From NCBI GenBank assembly GCA_963837945.1, contig CAWIQD010000024.1, positions 11,469 through 75,468 of the forward strand: 64,000 bases of DNA, read 5' to 3'. The position numbers and the translations under genes were made by a program. Shown piece by piece: positions 40,162 through 50,914 of the stretch (the first letter of the stretch is position 1; the number at the start of each line of letters is the position of its first letter). The notes beneath the pieces are model-generated. The model made no database searches, was not told the DNA's origin, and worked only from the letters and a program-made list of their open reading frames with translations. Source of the DNA: an uncultured Acidobacteriota bacterium (GTDB taxonomy: Bacteria > Acidobacteriota > Thermoanaerobaculia > Multivoradales > DATKCC01).

Positions 40162-43100
40162 ATGAGTCGATTTTCTGATTGGCGGCGTACCTTCGCCCTG
40201 GCAGTCGTGTTGCTGCTGGCGAGCGCGGGGATGGCTGCCGCCCAGCAACAGCAAGGCAACCTCTACGGGACGGTCAAGGACACCCAGGGAGCGGCGCTCC
40301 CCGGCGTGACCGTCGAGCTGACCGGGATCGGGGCGCCTTTGGTCCAGGTCACCAACGCTCAGGGACAGTTCCGGTTCCTGAACCTGGACCCGGGCGTGTA
40401 CCACCTGACGGCGAGCCTCGAGGGCTTCTCCACCGTCGAGTACAAAGAGGTGAGCATCGGGGTCGGCCGTAACACCACCCTCGAGATCACCCTTTCGCCG
40501 GCGGTCGAGGAGGTCATCACCGTCACCTCGGAGAGCCCGCTCCTCGACGAGCGCAAGGTCTCCCGCGGCACCACGGTCTCCCAGATCGAGCTGGAGAAGA
40601 TCCCGACCGCCCGCGACCCGTGGGCGATCGTCACGCAGACCCCGGGCGTCCTCTCCGACCGGATCAACGTCGGCGGTGACCAGTCCGGCCAGCAGGCCGT
40701 GTTCACGGCTCCCGGCGTCTCCGACAACGAGAACAGCTTCGCGGTCGACGGCGTCACGATCACCGACATGGCCGCCATCGGCTCCTCGCCGACCTACTAC
40801 GACTTCGACCAGTTCGAAGAGGTCCAGGTCTCCACCGGCGGCACCGACGTCGAGAAGGCCTCGGCGGGCGCCTCCCTCAACCTGGTCACCAAGCGCGGCT
40901 CGAACAACCCGCGCGGCTCGGCCCGGTTCCTGAAGACGGACCACCGCCGGCAGTTCGACCTGCTCGAGCAGGCGAACAGCGACATCTCCGGCGACCTCGA
41001 GAACGGCGACGGCAACGGCGGCTTCCACACCCAGACGCTCGCCGACACGCCGGGCAACGGCATCAACAACATCCTCGACCTCGGCTTCGAGGCCGGCGGA
41101 CCGATCCTCAAGGACAAGCTCTGGGTCTGGGGCTCCTACGGCAAGAACGACATCAAAGAGTTCAATGCCAGCGGCAACCCGGACAACACGGTGCTCGAGA
41201 ACTCGGCGATCAAGCTCAACGGCCAGCCGCTCGCGGCCAACTCGATCGTCGCCTCCTGGAACCGTGGCGACAAGATCAAGGACGGCCGCACCGCGCTGTC
41301 CAACCGGGCGCTCGATTCGTCGTGGAACCAGACCGGCCCGACCGAGATCTGGAAGATCGAGGACACGCACGTCTTCTCCTCGGACTTCTACCTCACCGGC
41401 CAGTACTCCTACGTCGACGGCGGCTTCGCCCTCCAGTCGAAGGGCGGGAGCTTCCCGGCCGGCCTCAGGACCACGGACGTCGGCCTCGCCGTCGACAACG
41501 GCGAGCCGATCTGGGACACTGACGGCCTCTGGCACAACGGCTTCTACAGCGGCGGCACGGACCGCAACGCCGACCAGTACCAGGTCGACGGCTCCTACTT
41601 CTTCAACACCGGCAACCTCAACCACGAGCTGAAGTTCGGCGTCTCCTACCGGAAGTTCGACGCGCTGTCCGCCTTCGGCTACCCGGGCGGCCGCAACGCC
41701 TCGGACATCACCTGCGAGGCCCTCAGCCTCTGCGGCGTGCTGACCCAGTTCGGCTACCCCGGCGACGACCTGGTGGTCGTCTACCGCGGTTCGACGGGCC
41801 CGCCGTCGACGCAGAAGTACACCGCGGCCTGGCTGCAGGACACGCTGACCACCGGCAACTGGACGATCAACGCCGGCTTGCGTTACGACAAGCAGACGGG
41901 CACGAACGCTGCGACGACCCTGCCTTCGAACCCGCTGTTCCCGGCTCTGCTGCCGGCGCTCAACTACGGCGGTGCCGACGCGCCGTTCGACTGGAACACG
42001 TTCTCCCCCCGCGTGGGCGTGACCTACGCCCTCGGGGCCGAGCGCAAGACCCTGCTCCGGGCCAGCTACTCCCGGTTCGCCGAGCAGCTCCAGACGGGCA
42101 ACATCACCCGCCTCAACCCCCTGGGCCCGGCGTACGCGACGCTCGCCTTCGCCGACGCCAACGGGAACAACCGCTACGACGTCGGAGAGGCTGCCAAGGT
42201 CTTCGACTTCACTGGCTTCGATCCCGCGAACCCGGGGAGCCTCGAGAACCCGAACATGACGGACTCGGACCTCAAGCCGGCGACGACGGACGAGATCCTG
42301 GCCGGGGTCGAGCACGCCTTCCTGCCGGAGTTCGTGGTCGGCCTGGACTTCACGTACCGCAAGACCAGCGACATCGCGGACGGCCGGCTGCTCATCACCG
42401 ACGCCAACGGCGTCACGCGGGCGGCGACCCGGGACGACTACGTGTTCTTCAAGACCGTCTCCAGCGGGGATGACCTCAACAATGACGGCTCTCCGGACGT
42501 GCCGTTCCTGCCCGACGGCACGCCGTGGTCGCGGGACTACTACCAGCTCGATAAGTCCGTCAGCCGGACCGGCGGCACTCTCCTGACCAACGGCGATTCA
42601 TCGGTGGATTACATGGGCGTGGCGTTGAGCCTGACCAAGCGCCTGTCGAACCGCTGGATGGCCCGCGGTTACTTCCAGTACGGTGACCAGAGCTGGAACA
42701 TCGGGTCCGAGACCCACCGCTTCGACAGCCCGAACGTCGATTCGGCGCTCCAGGACAAGGACGGCGAGACCTACATCGTCCAGTCCGCGGGCTCCGGCCC
42801 GTTCGGCGACGTGCTGATCCAGTCGAGCTGGTCGGCCAACGTCAACGGCCTCTACCAGGTGGCCCCGGATCGTCCGTGGGGCTTCAACATCGCCGGCAAC
42901 CTGTTCACCCGGGAGGGCTATGCGTTGCCGTACGACTTCCAGGTCAGCGTTCCGAACACCGGCAACGTCGACTCCGCGGTGGTCAATCACGTCGACTCCA
43001 TCCGGGCGCCCAACGTCTACTCGTTGGACCTGCGCCTCGAGAAGGACATGGCGTTCACCGACAACCTGAGCGGCATCCTGTCGCTCGACGCGTTCAACGT

Positions 43101-43221
43101 GACGAACCAGAACACGGTCCTGCAGCGCAACCGTAGTCTGGAGGCAACGCGTGCCAACTTCGTCACCCAGACGCTGGCGCCGCGTATCTATCGTCTCGGC
43201 TTCCGCCTGAACTGGCGCTGA
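40162..43221 (+). CDS. TonB-dependent receptor with an N-terminal carboxypeptidase-regulatory-like domain
   Basis: Signal peptide, CarbopepD_reg (GTVKDTQGAALPGVTVEL...) and plug/barrel motifs, C-terminal ...RIYRLGFRLNWR. Ribosome-binding site AGGAGGA. Confidence 0.75.
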   Translation: MSRFSDWRRTFALAVVLLLASAGMAAAQQQQGNLYGTVKDTQGAALPGVTVELTGIGAPLVQVTNAQGQFRFLNLDPGVYHLTASLEGFSTVEYKEVSIGVGRNTTLEITLSPAVEEVITVTSESPLLDERKVSRGTTVSQIELEKIPTARDPWAIVTQTPGVLSDRINVGGDQSGQQAVFTAPGVSDNENSFAVDGVTITDMAAIGSSPTYYDFDQFEEVQVSTGGTDVEKASAGASLNLVTKRGSNNPRGSARFLKTDHRRQFDLLEQANSDISGDLENGDGNGGFHTQTLADTPGNGINNILDLGFEAGGPILKDKLWVWGSYGKNDIKEFNASGNPDNTVLENSAIKLNGQPLAANSIVASWNRGDKIKDGRTALSNRALDSSWNQTGPTEIWKIEDTHVFSSDFYLTGQYSYVDGGFALQSKGGSFPAGLRTTDVGLAVDNGEPIWDTDGLWHNGFYSGGTDRNADQYQVDGSYFFNTGNLNHELKFGVSYRKFDALSAFGYPGGRNASDITCEALSLCGVLTQFGYPGDDLVVVYRGSTGPPSTQKYTAAWLQDTLTTGNWTINAGLRYDKQTGTNAATTLPSNPLFPALLPALNYGGADAPFDWNTFSPRVGVTYALGAERKTLLRASYSRFAEQLQTGNITRLNPLGPAYATLAFADANGNNRYDVGEAAKVFDFTGFDPANPGSLENPNMTDSDLKPATTDEILAGVEHAFLPEFVVGLDFTYRKTSDIADGRLLITDANGVTRAATRDDYVFFKTVSSGDDLNNDGSPDVPFLPDGTPWSRDYYQLDKSVSRTGGTLLTNGDSSVDYMGVALSLTKRLSNRWMARGYFQYGDQSWNIGSETHRFDSPNVDSALQDKDGETYIVQSAGSGPFGDVLIQSSWSANVNGLYQVAPDRPWGFNIAGNLFTREGYALPYDFQVSVPNTGNVDSAVVNHVDSIRAPNVYSLDLRLEKDMAFTDNLSGILSLDAFNVTNQNTVLQRNRSLEATRANFVTQTLAPRIYRLGFRLNWR

Positions 43222-43245
43222 GCCGGCGCGATCCAGTAGTCTCGA

Positions 43246-43281
43246 CCGCCGGGGGGGCAACCCCCCGGCGGTTTTGTTTTT
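43246..43281 (+). terminator. Rho-independent terminator: CCGCCGGGGGG-GCAA-CCCCCCGGCGG followed by TTTTGTTTTT
   Basis: Perfect 11-bp GC stem with a tetraloop and a U-run, 25 nt after the TonB receptor stop. Confidence 0.8.
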
Positions 43282-43408
43282 CGGCCCGCCCCAGAACCCG
43301 GCGGCCGGCATAAATCCTGCTCGCCGAAGGTTGCAAGCGGGGGAGCACTGGCCCGAAACGGGATGCGGCGCTCCCCGAATCGACGATTCCCCCGAGAAGG
43401 AGAGCACG

Positions 43409-44569
43409 ATGCAACCGAAGATTTGGAAGACGGCCCTGCCCGTCGCCGCCCTCCTCCTGCTGCTCGCGGCGCTGCCCGCCGCCGCGCAGGACTGGGCCGG
43501 GCACGGACGGGCGAGCGGTCGCGTGACCGACCAGGACGACAACCCGATCGCGGGCGCCAAGATCACGCTGCATCTCCCCGGCCGTCCCGATGCCGGCCCG
43601 CCGCCGGTCACCACCGACAAGAAGGGACGCTGGAGCCTTCTCGGCCTGACCGGGACAACCTGGACCGTCGTGATCCAGGCCGAGGGGTACAAGGACTCGG
43701 AGGGAAGCTTCGACGTCGACGAGTACGAGGTCACGCCGCCCCTGGTCGTCAAGCTCGAACGGAATCCCTTCGACTCCGTCCAGCAGGGCCAGGACCTGAT
43801 CGACCAGGGCAAGTACGACGAGGCCCGGGCGAAGTTCGAGAAGGCCCTGCCCGACATGGGCGACCACCAGAAGGCCCAGGTCCACGCCTTGATCGGCACG
43901 ACCTACTATCAGCAGAAGAGCTACGAACAGGCGCGCGCCGAGTACGAGAAGGCGCTTCCCGGGCTCGAAGACAAGGAGAAGACCGGGGTGCTGCTGCGCC
44001 TGGGCGACTCCTACGCGCAGCAGCACCAGGCCGCCAAGGCTCGCGAGGTCTACGAGCAGAGCCTGCCGGCTCTACCAGCCGATCAGCAGGCTCCGGTGCT
44101 GCTCGCGATCGCCCGCTCCTACGACCAGGAGGGCAACCGCGACCAGGCGGTCGCCACGGTCAAGAGAATCCTCGACGCCTCGCCGGACAACGTCCAGGCG
44201 CTGCAGCTCATCGCCGACCTCCTGAGCCGCGAGGGCAAGGAGGACGAGGCCCAGGCCTACCTCGACAAGATCCCCGCGACCGAGAAGCTGCCGCCCGACA
44301 TGCTCCTCAACCAGGGCATCCGGTTCTACAACGAAGCCAAGGGCGACGAGAAGAAGCTGGCCCAGGCGATGGACAACTTTCAGCGCGTGATCGAGCAGAA
44401 CCCGAACATGGGCGACGCCTACTACTACCGGGGCCTCGTCTACCTGAACCAGGGCAAGAACGACCTGGCCAAGGCCGACTTCCAGAAGCTCTTGGAGCTC
44501 GAGCCGAACAGCGAGCACGCCAAGGACGCCAAGGACTTCCTCAAGTACCTCCAGTCGCCCTCGCGATGA
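43409..44569 (+). CDS. Secreted CarboxypepD_reg-like domain + TPR repeat protein
   Basis: Ribosome-binding site GAAGGAGAG, signal peptide, then TPR repeats. Confidence 0.5.
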   Translation: MQPKIWKTALPVAALLLLLAALPAAAQDWAGHGRASGRVTDQDDNPIAGAKITLHLPGRPDAGPPPVTTDKKGRWSLLGLTGTTWTVVIQAEGYKDSEGSFDVDEYEVTPPLVVKLERNPFDSVQQGQDLIDQGKYDEARAKFEKALPDMGDHQKAQVHALIGTTYYQQKSYEQARAEYEKALPGLEDKEKTGVLLRLGDSYAQQHQAAKAREVYEQSLPALPADQQAPVLLAIARSYDQEGNRDQAVATVKRILDASPDNVQALQLIADLLSREGKEDEAQAYLDKIPATEKLPPDMLLNQGIRFYNEAKGDEKKLAQAMDNFQRVIEQNPNMGDAYYYRGLVYLNQGKNDLAKADFQKLLELEPNSEHAKDAKDFLKYLQSPSR

Positions 44570-46824
44570 TCCGGGCCGCTTCGCCAGGCGCCAGGAGCCT
44601 GCGCGGCAGAGGTCCAGGGCCGCGCAGGCTCCTGGTGCTCGGCCTTCTGGTGGCAGCGTGCGCCGGCGCCTGGGCTTGTGACGGCGCTCCGGCCGCGAGC
44701 GGGGAGAGCTCCGCCGGCCCCTCGGGGACCTCCGGGGCGGCGACCTCGACACCGGCGAGCTCGCAGCCGGCGCCCCCCGCGGCTCGCCGGGAGACGCCGG
44801 CTGCCGCCACGCAACCCGCCGAGCCGGTGGCGAACGTCCTCCTGATCACGATCGATACCCTGAGGGCCGACTCCCTCGGTTTCTCGAGCCATGGCCGGGT
44901 CAAGACGCCGACCATCGACCGGCTGGCCGCCACGGGGAGCGCCTTCGCCGACGCCCACGCCCAGAACGTCGTCACCCTGCCCTCCCACACGAACATCCTG
45001 ACCGGTCTCTACCCGTACCAGCACGGCGTGCGCGACAACCAGGGGTTCGTCTTGAGCGCGGACGTCCCGACCTTGGCCACCCGTCTCCACCAGGCCGGCT
45101 TCGCGACCGCCGCGGTCGTCGGCGCCTTCCCCCTCGATGGCCGCTTCGGTCTCGGCCGCGGCTTCGATCTCTACGACGACCAGTACGGCGAGGGCGCCGA
45201 GGAGGACCAGTTCCGCGAGCTCCAGCGGCCGGGCGACGAGGTGGTGGCGCGCGGCGAGGCCTGGTGGCAGGCGCACCGCGGCGCGCGACGATTTCTCTGG
45301 ATCCACCTCTACGACGCCCACACTCCCTACGATCCCCCCGAGCCGTACGCGTCGCGCTACGCCGACAACCCCTACCTCGGCGAGGTCGCCGCCATCGACC
45401 ATTACCTCACCCCGTTCCTGCAGCCGTTCCTGGAGGGCCGGGAGGAACCGACGCTGATCGTCTTCACCGGCGATCACGGCGAGGGCCTCGGGGACCACGG
45501 GGAGGAGAGCCACGGTCTCTTCGCCTACGAGCCTACACTCCACATTCCCCTCGTCCTCTGGGGACCGGGCATCGCCGCCGGCGCCTCCGACCGGCCGGCG
45601 CGGCACGTCGACATCGTCCCCACGGTCCTCGACGCCCTCGGCCTGCCGGAGCCCAAGGACCTCCCGGGGAGCTCGCTGCTTCGGCCGCCGCCCCCGGATC
45701 CGGCCCGAAACGCCTCCTACTTCGAGGCCCTCTCGGCCAACCTGAACCGGGGCTGGGCGCCCCTGCGGGGCGTCATCGCGGAAGGGTACAAGCTCGTCGT
45801 GCTGCCGATCCCGGAGCTCTACGACCTCCACAAGGATCCCGAGGAGACGCACAACCTCTTCGCGACCGACAGCCGGCACGCTCACGAGCTGGCCCGGCTG
45901 TTGCCGGCCGAGTCGGTCTGGCCGCCGCGCCAGGGACAGGTCTCGGACCAGGAGGCCGCGGCCCTTCAGAGCTTGGGCTACCTCTCGGGCAAGGTCCGGC
46001 GCAAGTCGACGTACACGGCGGCGGACGATCCCAAGAACCTGGTCGGGGTCGACCAGGACTTCCACCGCTTCATCGACCTGTTCCAGAAGCGCCAGTGGCA
46101 GGAGGCGACGGCCCTCATCCAGAAGATCGTGGCGGTCCAGCCCGACATGGGGATCGGCTACAACTACTACGCCCAGGTCCTCCTTTCCCAGGGCATGGAC
46201 CGGAAGGCGCTCGAGGTCCTGGCGCGGGCTCACGAGCGCGGGGTGGCGACCCAATCGGCGGAGCGCCAGTACGGGTTGCTCCTGGCGGAGCTCGGCCGGC
46301 CCGAAGAGGGGGTGGAGATCCTCCGGCCGCTGGCGGCTTCCGGGGATCCCGATACTCTGAACGCCCTGGGGGTGGCGCTCCTCGCCGCCGGCCACGGGGA
46401 CGAGGCGAAAGCCGCGTTCAACGACGTCTTCGCCCACGACCCGCGCAACCCCGGCGCCCACCAGAACCTCGCCTTCGCCGCCCTGAAGACCCAGGACTGG
46501 CCGACCGCCGAGAGCGAGGCACGCAAGGCCCTCGCCCTCAACGAGAACCTGCCCCGGTGCTGGAACTTCCTGGGCGTCGCCCTCTTCAACCTCGGCCGGG
46601 TCCACGACAGCCTCGACGCCTGGGACCGGGCGGCCACGCTCCAGCCGCGCAACCCGGACCTCTTGTTCAACCTGGGCCTGGTGGCCTCCCAGGCCGGCGA
46701 GACCGCGCGCGCCAGAAAGGCCCTCGAACAGTTCCTCGCCGTCGCTCCGCCCGAGCAATACGGCCCGGACCGGGCCAAGGTCCGGGCCCTCCTGCGCAAG
46801 CTCGGATCAGAACCCGGCTCGTGA
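44566..46824 (+). CDS. Sulfatase-like (PF00884, alkaline-phosphatase superfamily) hydrolase/transferase fused to a C-terminal TPR domain, paralog 1; Thr in place of the sulfatase Cys/Ser (TLPSH)
   Basis: LLITIDTLRADSLGF...NVVTLPSHTNILTG...FTGDHGEGLGDHGE motifs. Lipoprotein-like signal (VAACAG). Start overlaps the previous stop. Confidence 0.6.
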   Translation: MIRAASPGARSLRGRGPGPRRLLVLGLLVAACAGAWACDGAPAASGESSAGPSGTSGAATSTPASSQPAPPAARRETPAAATQPAEPVANVLLITIDTLRADSLGFSSHGRVKTPTIDRLAATGSAFADAHAQNVVTLPSHTNILTGLYPYQHGVRDNQGFVLSADVPTLATRLHQAGFATAAVVGAFPLDGRFGLGRGFDLYDDQYGEGAEEDQFRELQRPGDEVVARGEAWWQAHRGARRFLWIHLYDAHTPYDPPEPYASRYADNPYLGEVAAIDHYLTPFLQPFLEGREEPTLIVFTGDHGEGLGDHGEESHGLFAYEPTLHIPLVLWGPGIAAGASDRPARHVDIVPTVLDALGLPEPKDLPGSSLLRPPPPDPARNASYFEALSANLNRGWAPLRGVIAEGYKLVVLPIPELYDLHKDPEETHNLFATDSRHAHELARLLPAESVWPPRQGQVSDQEAAALQSLGYLSGKVRRKSTYTAADDPKNLVGVDQDFHRFIDLFQKRQWQEATALIQKIVAVQPDMGIGYNYYAQVLLSQGMDRKALEVLARAHERGVATQSAERQYGLLLAELGRPEEGVEILRPLAASGDPDTLNALGVALLAAGHGDEAKAAFNDVFAHDPRNPGAHQNLAFAALKTQDWPTAESEARKALALNENLPRCWNFLGVALFNLGRVHDSLDAWDRAATLQPRNPDLLFNLGLVASQAGETARARKALEQFLAVAPPEQYGPDRAKVRALLRKLGSEPGS

Positions 46825-49019
46825 CCCGCGTCGTTCGTTCTCGCCGCCTCGCCGGCCTCGCCCTGGCCGCGACCCTCGTCGCCCTGGCGGGGTGCCATCG
46901 GGGCGGGGCCGACAGCGGCGCCGCCGAGGCGCGGGTTCCCGACGGCACCCCGGTGATCTTGATCTCGGTCGACACCCTGCGCTCGGACCACCTGCCGATG
47001 TACGGCTACGAGAAGATCCAGACCCCGGCGCTCGACGCCCTGCGGGCGGACTCGATCCTGTTCCGCCACGCCTTCAGCCACGTACCGCTGACCCTGCCCT
47101 CGCACGCGTCGATGCTCACCGGGCTCCGGCCGGACCAGCACGGCCTGCGCGGCAACCTCGGCTACCACCTGGACGCGGCGAAGCATCCGTGGCTGCCCCG
47201 GATCCTCAAGCGGCACGGGTACCGGACGGGCGCCGCGGTCTCCGCCTTCGTGCTGCGCGGGCCCACCGGCATCTCCGCCGACTTCGACTTCTACGACGAC
47301 CACATCCGCCGGAGCAGCTGGAACCTCGCCAGCGCCCAGCGCCAGGGCGACGAGACCCTGGCGGCGGTCGAGCCTTGGGTCGCGTCGGTCCACGACCAGC
47401 CCTTCTTCCTCTTCTTCCACATCTACGAGCCCCACCGCCCCTGGGACCCGCCGGAGCCCTTCGCCTCGCGCTACCCGCTCGGCTACGACGCCGAGATCGC
47501 GTCGGCCGACGCCGTCGTCGGCCGGCTGCTCGACCAGCTCGAGCGCCTCGGCGTCTACGACCGGGCGATCATCTTCTTCGTCTCCGATCACGGCGAGGGC
47601 CTCGGAGAGCACGGCTACCAGGAGCACGGGCCGCTGCTCTACCGCGAGGCGCTCGAGGTGCCGATGCTCGTGAAGCTCCCCGGCGGCGCGCGCGGCGGAA
47701 CGACCCGCGACGCTCCGGCTCAGCTCACCGACCTGGTGCCGACCGTGCTCTCCCTGCTGGGCATCGCGGCGCCCGAGGGCCTCGCCGGCCGCTCGCTCCT
47801 GAGCGCGGACCAGGCCGCGGACGAGGCCCAGCGGCCGATCTTCGCCGAGACCCAGTTTCCCCGCATCCACTTCGGTTGGAGCGAGCTCACCTCGGTGATC
47901 GACTACCCGTATCACCTGATCCAGGGCCCCGACCCGGAGCTCTACGACCTCGAGAGCGACCCCGGGGAAACGCACAACGTCATCCGCCAGGAGCGCCGGA
48001 CCTACGCCAGGCTGCGCGACGACCTGAAGCAGTACGACGGCGCGTTCCAGCCACCGGACCAGACCGACGACCCCGCGGTGCGTGCTCAGCTCGCCGCCCT
48101 CGGCTACGTCGGCTCGGTGGGCAACCGGAGCTCCGAGTCCCTCGCCGACCCGAAGTCGAGACTCCAGGTTCTCCACGACCTCGGCAAGGGTCTGGACCTG
48201 TCCGAAGCCGGCGATTTCGAGCCGGCGGTCGAGCTCTACCGGCGGGTTCTCGAGCAGGAGCCTCAGCTCGTCGATGCCTGGGAGTACCTGGGCAACAGCC
48301 TCCTGCGCATGGGGCGGGCTGAGGAGGCGCTCGACGCCTTCGACCACCAGATCAAGCTCTCCGGCGGCTCGCCCTATGCGTCCTTCACGATGGCCCAGTG
48401 CCTGGTGCGGCTCGGGCGCTACGGCGAGGCGAAGAACCTCGCCCTCCTCGCCGCCGGGGAGTACCACCAGGCCTACGACCTGCTGGCCCAGATCGCGATC
48501 AAGCAGGGAGACTTCGCCGCCGCCGAGACCTACGTCGAGAAGGCGCTCGCCGACGACCCCGACCAGCCCGCCTTCCGGATCACCCACGCCGAGCTGCTCC
48601 TGCGCCAGGGCCACCCCGACCAGGCCCTGAAGGTCACGCAGGACGTGGACGCGGCGGTGCGTGGCGAGCACTTCGACTCCGAGCTCATCCACGGCCTCTA
48701 CTACATCCAGGGAGAGTCCTACGCCCAGCTCGGCCGGGGGGCCGAGGCGATCGCGGCACTGCGCCGGGAGATCGGGCTCTTCCCCCACGAGCTGGCCGCC
48801 TATACCCGGCTGGCGGTCGTCTACGCGCTCTCCGGCCAGGGAGGCCAGGTGGGCGACGTGCTGCACCGGCTGGTCGAGAGCAACGACAATCCCGCCGCCT
48901 ACGCCGAGGCGGCCCACACCCTCCAAGTGCTGGGTGACTCGGCCTCCGCCCGGAAGCTGCTGGAGGCCGCCCGACGCCGCTGGCCGGACGCTCCGGCTCT
49001 CCGGGAGAAGACGGGTTGA
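46821..49019 (+). CDS. Sulfatase-like hydrolase/transferase + TPR lipoprotein, paralog 2
   Basis: GTG start overlapping the previous stop. Lipobox LAGC. ILISVDTLRSDHL...HVPLTLPSHASMLTG...VSDHGEGLGEHG. Confidence 0.6.
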   Translation: MTRVVRSRRLAGLALAATLVALAGCHRGGADSGAAEARVPDGTPVILISVDTLRSDHLPMYGYEKIQTPALDALRADSILFRHAFSHVPLTLPSHASMLTGLRPDQHGLRGNLGYHLDAAKHPWLPRILKRHGYRTGAAVSAFVLRGPTGISADFDFYDDHIRRSSWNLASAQRQGDETLAAVEPWVASVHDQPFFLFFHIYEPHRPWDPPEPFASRYPLGYDAEIASADAVVGRLLDQLERLGVYDRAIIFFVSDHGEGLGEHGYQEHGPLLYREALEVPMLVKLPGGARGGTTRDAPAQLTDLVPTVLSLLGIAAPEGLAGRSLLSADQAADEAQRPIFAETQFPRIHFGWSELTSVIDYPYHLIQGPDPELYDLESDPGETHNVIRQERRTYARLRDDLKQYDGAFQPPDQTDDPAVRAQLAALGYVGSVGNRSSESLADPKSRLQVLHDLGKGLDLSEAGDFEPAVELYRRVLEQEPQLVDAWEYLGNSLLRMGRAEEALDAFDHQIKLSGGSPYASFTMAQCLVRLGRYGEAKNLALLAAGEYHQAYDLLAQIAIKQGDFAAAETYVEKALADDPDQPAFRITHAELLLRQGHPDQALKVTQDVDAAVRGEHFDSELIHGLYYIQGESYAQLGRGAEAIAALRREIGLFPHELAAYTRLAVVYALSGQGGQVGDVLHRLVESNDNPAAYAEAAHTLQVLGDSASARKLLEAARRRWPDAPALREKTG

Positions 49020-50896
49020 GACCGCGGGCGACCGTCCTCGCTCTCTTGCTCCTGACGGGTTCCGCCGTACAGGCCTCGCCCAATGGGACCGTTCCCGACC
49101 CTCCGGTAGCTCCTCCGGCGATCGCCCGAGCGCCTCGCGAGGCGTCCTCGGGGCTCGAGGCCCTCGAGCTCCGGCTCGCCGGGAACGCCGAGCTCCAGGC
49201 TCGCACCCTGGCACCCCTGGCCGCCGGGCTCCTGGCGCCCGACCCTGCGCGGCGCGAGGCCGCCGCGAGCGAGCTCACCGCCCTCGCCCGGGCGCGCGGC
49301 CTGCGCCTCACCCGGCGCGGCGGACCGTGGGGCGACGACGACCTCCAGAGCCTGGTCTCGCTGCTCCTGGTCGATCCCGTCCGCTTCCTCAGGGACGACG
49401 TCTTCCGGGCCCGCGTGACCTCGCTCCTGCCTCGCGCGCTGGCCCCGGAGACCGCTCCGGGCCTCGTCGCCCAGACCCTCGACCACCTCTACGCCGACGT
49501 GGGCGGCTTCAGCTTCGCCGACTCGGAAGCGATCGAGGTGGCCTGGGGCGCCGCGCCCCGTTCGAGCGCGTCCCGCGAGGCCCGCTTCGCGGCCGGCGAG
49601 CTCCGCTTCCCCGACGAGCTCGACGATCCGATCGCGGCCACGATCTTCTCGTTCCCCTCGAGCGTTTTCGCCCCCGAGGACGTTCGCCCCCTGCTCGCCG
49701 CGCTCCGAAGCCTCGACCCGCGCCGCACCCTGGTCGCCCTCGCCGACTCGCCCATGGCCCGGAGCCTCGCCGCGACGGCGCGCGAGCTCGACGTCCACCT
49801 CGTCGAGACCTACGGGCGCCCGTACTCCCCCTGGCCCCGCGATCCGTTCAGCACCGCGGTGCGCGGCGACGGCGGTCTCGCCCTGGTCTCGCGGCCGTAT
49901 CGGCAGAGGGGCCGGGAGGCGGACTCCGACATGGCGCGCGAGCTGGTCCAGTCCCTGCCCGCGAAGCTCGACGAGAGATGGGGCGAGCCGGTCTGGGAGG
50001 AAGCCCCGATCCCCTTCCACAACGGCCACGTCCTCATGGCCGGCGGCGCGGCCTGGATCTCGCTCCACTCCTTGGAGCTCCAGATCCTTCGCGGGCTCGA
50101 TCTCGAGCGGGTCCCGGTGGCGAGCTTCGCGAGCGCCGCGGGGATCGACCGGTACCTGGCGGCGGCCCGCCGGGCGATGGCCGAGATGGCGGACCTCTAC
50201 GGCAAGCCGGTTCACCTGGTCCACCCGTTGCCCGAGCGCGGCACGGCGGCCGAGCGCGCCGCCCTCATGAGGCGGATCGGCGGCGGCGCCGGCTTCGACC
50301 TCGACTCGTTCCTCACCTTCCTGCCCGGCGAGGGGGGCCGCCTCCACGCCCTGGTGGGCGACGTCGGCGCGGGGCGCCGCCTGCTCCAGGGGCTCGACGC
50401 CTCCGGCTGGCGGGCCCTCCGCGAAACCTATGGCCTGGCACCGGCCGGCACCGAGCTCGCCTCCCAGCTCCTCGCCTATCAGGCCGGTGCCCGCGCCGCC
50501 GGCCTCCAGGGCTTTCTCGACCTGATCGCGGAACACTTGACGAGCTCGGGCCTCGTGGTCGGCCGGCTCCCTCTCCTCCTGGTCCCGGTCGACCTGCTCG
50601 CCGGCTCGCGAGACCTCTCCTACCCCGACTTCGTCCTCGGCTGGAACAACGTCGTGGTCGAGGTGCACGACGGCAAGCCCGCGGCCGAGGGCTTCGCCTC
50701 GCTCCTGCCGAGCGGCGACCGACTCGCCCGCGAGACCTACGCCCGGGCGGGGACCGAGCTCGAGCTGCTGCCCCCGCTGGTGGCGAGCGTCGTCCACAAC
50801 GGAGGCTATCGCTGCGCCTCGAACCAGGTGCGGATTCCGCGCCGCCCGCAGCCGGCGGCGAGCCCGCCTCCCGGGAATTCCGATCCGGGACCCTGA
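49016..50896 (+). CDS. Secreted amidinotransferase-fold (agmatine deiminase / peptidyl-arginine deiminase-like) protein
   Basis: WPRDPF motif, FHNGHVLMAGG and the C-terminal GGYRCASNQ resemble the guanidino-group-modifying-enzyme catalytic Cys region. Tentative. Confidence 0.35.
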   Translation: MRPRATVLALLLLTGSAVQASPNGTVPDPPVAPPAIARAPREASSGLEALELRLAGNAELQARTLAPLAAGLLAPDPARREAAASELTALARARGLRLTRRGGPWGDDDLQSLVSLLLVDPVRFLRDDVFRARVTSLLPRALAPETAPGLVAQTLDHLYADVGGFSFADSEAIEVAWGAAPRSSASREARFAAGELRFPDELDDPIAATIFSFPSSVFAPEDVRPLLAALRSLDPRRTLVALADSPMARSLAATARELDVHLVETYGRPYSPWPRDPFSTAVRGDGGLALVSRPYRQRGREADSDMARELVQSLPAKLDERWGEPVWEEAPIPFHNGHVLMAGGAAWISLHSLELQILRGLDLERVPVASFASAAGIDRYLAAARRAMAEMADLYGKPVHLVHPLPERGTAAERAALMRRIGGGAGFDLDSFLTFLPGEGGRLHALVGDVGAGRRLLQGLDASGWRALRETYGLAPAGTELASQLLAYQAGARAAGLQGFLDLIAEHLTSSGLVVGRLPLLLVPVDLLAGSRDLSYPDFVLGWNNVVVEVHDGKPAAEGFASLLPSGDRLARETYARAGTELELLPPLVASVVHNGGYRCASNQVRIPRRPQPAASPPPGNSDPGP

Positions 50897-50914
50897 GACT
50901 GCTAAGATCCGCTC

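Noticed and set aside
43246-43281. A G7/C6 homopolymer pair that might be a slippage hotspot
   Set aside because: It is better explained as the GC stem of a canonical intrinsic terminator followed by a T-run.
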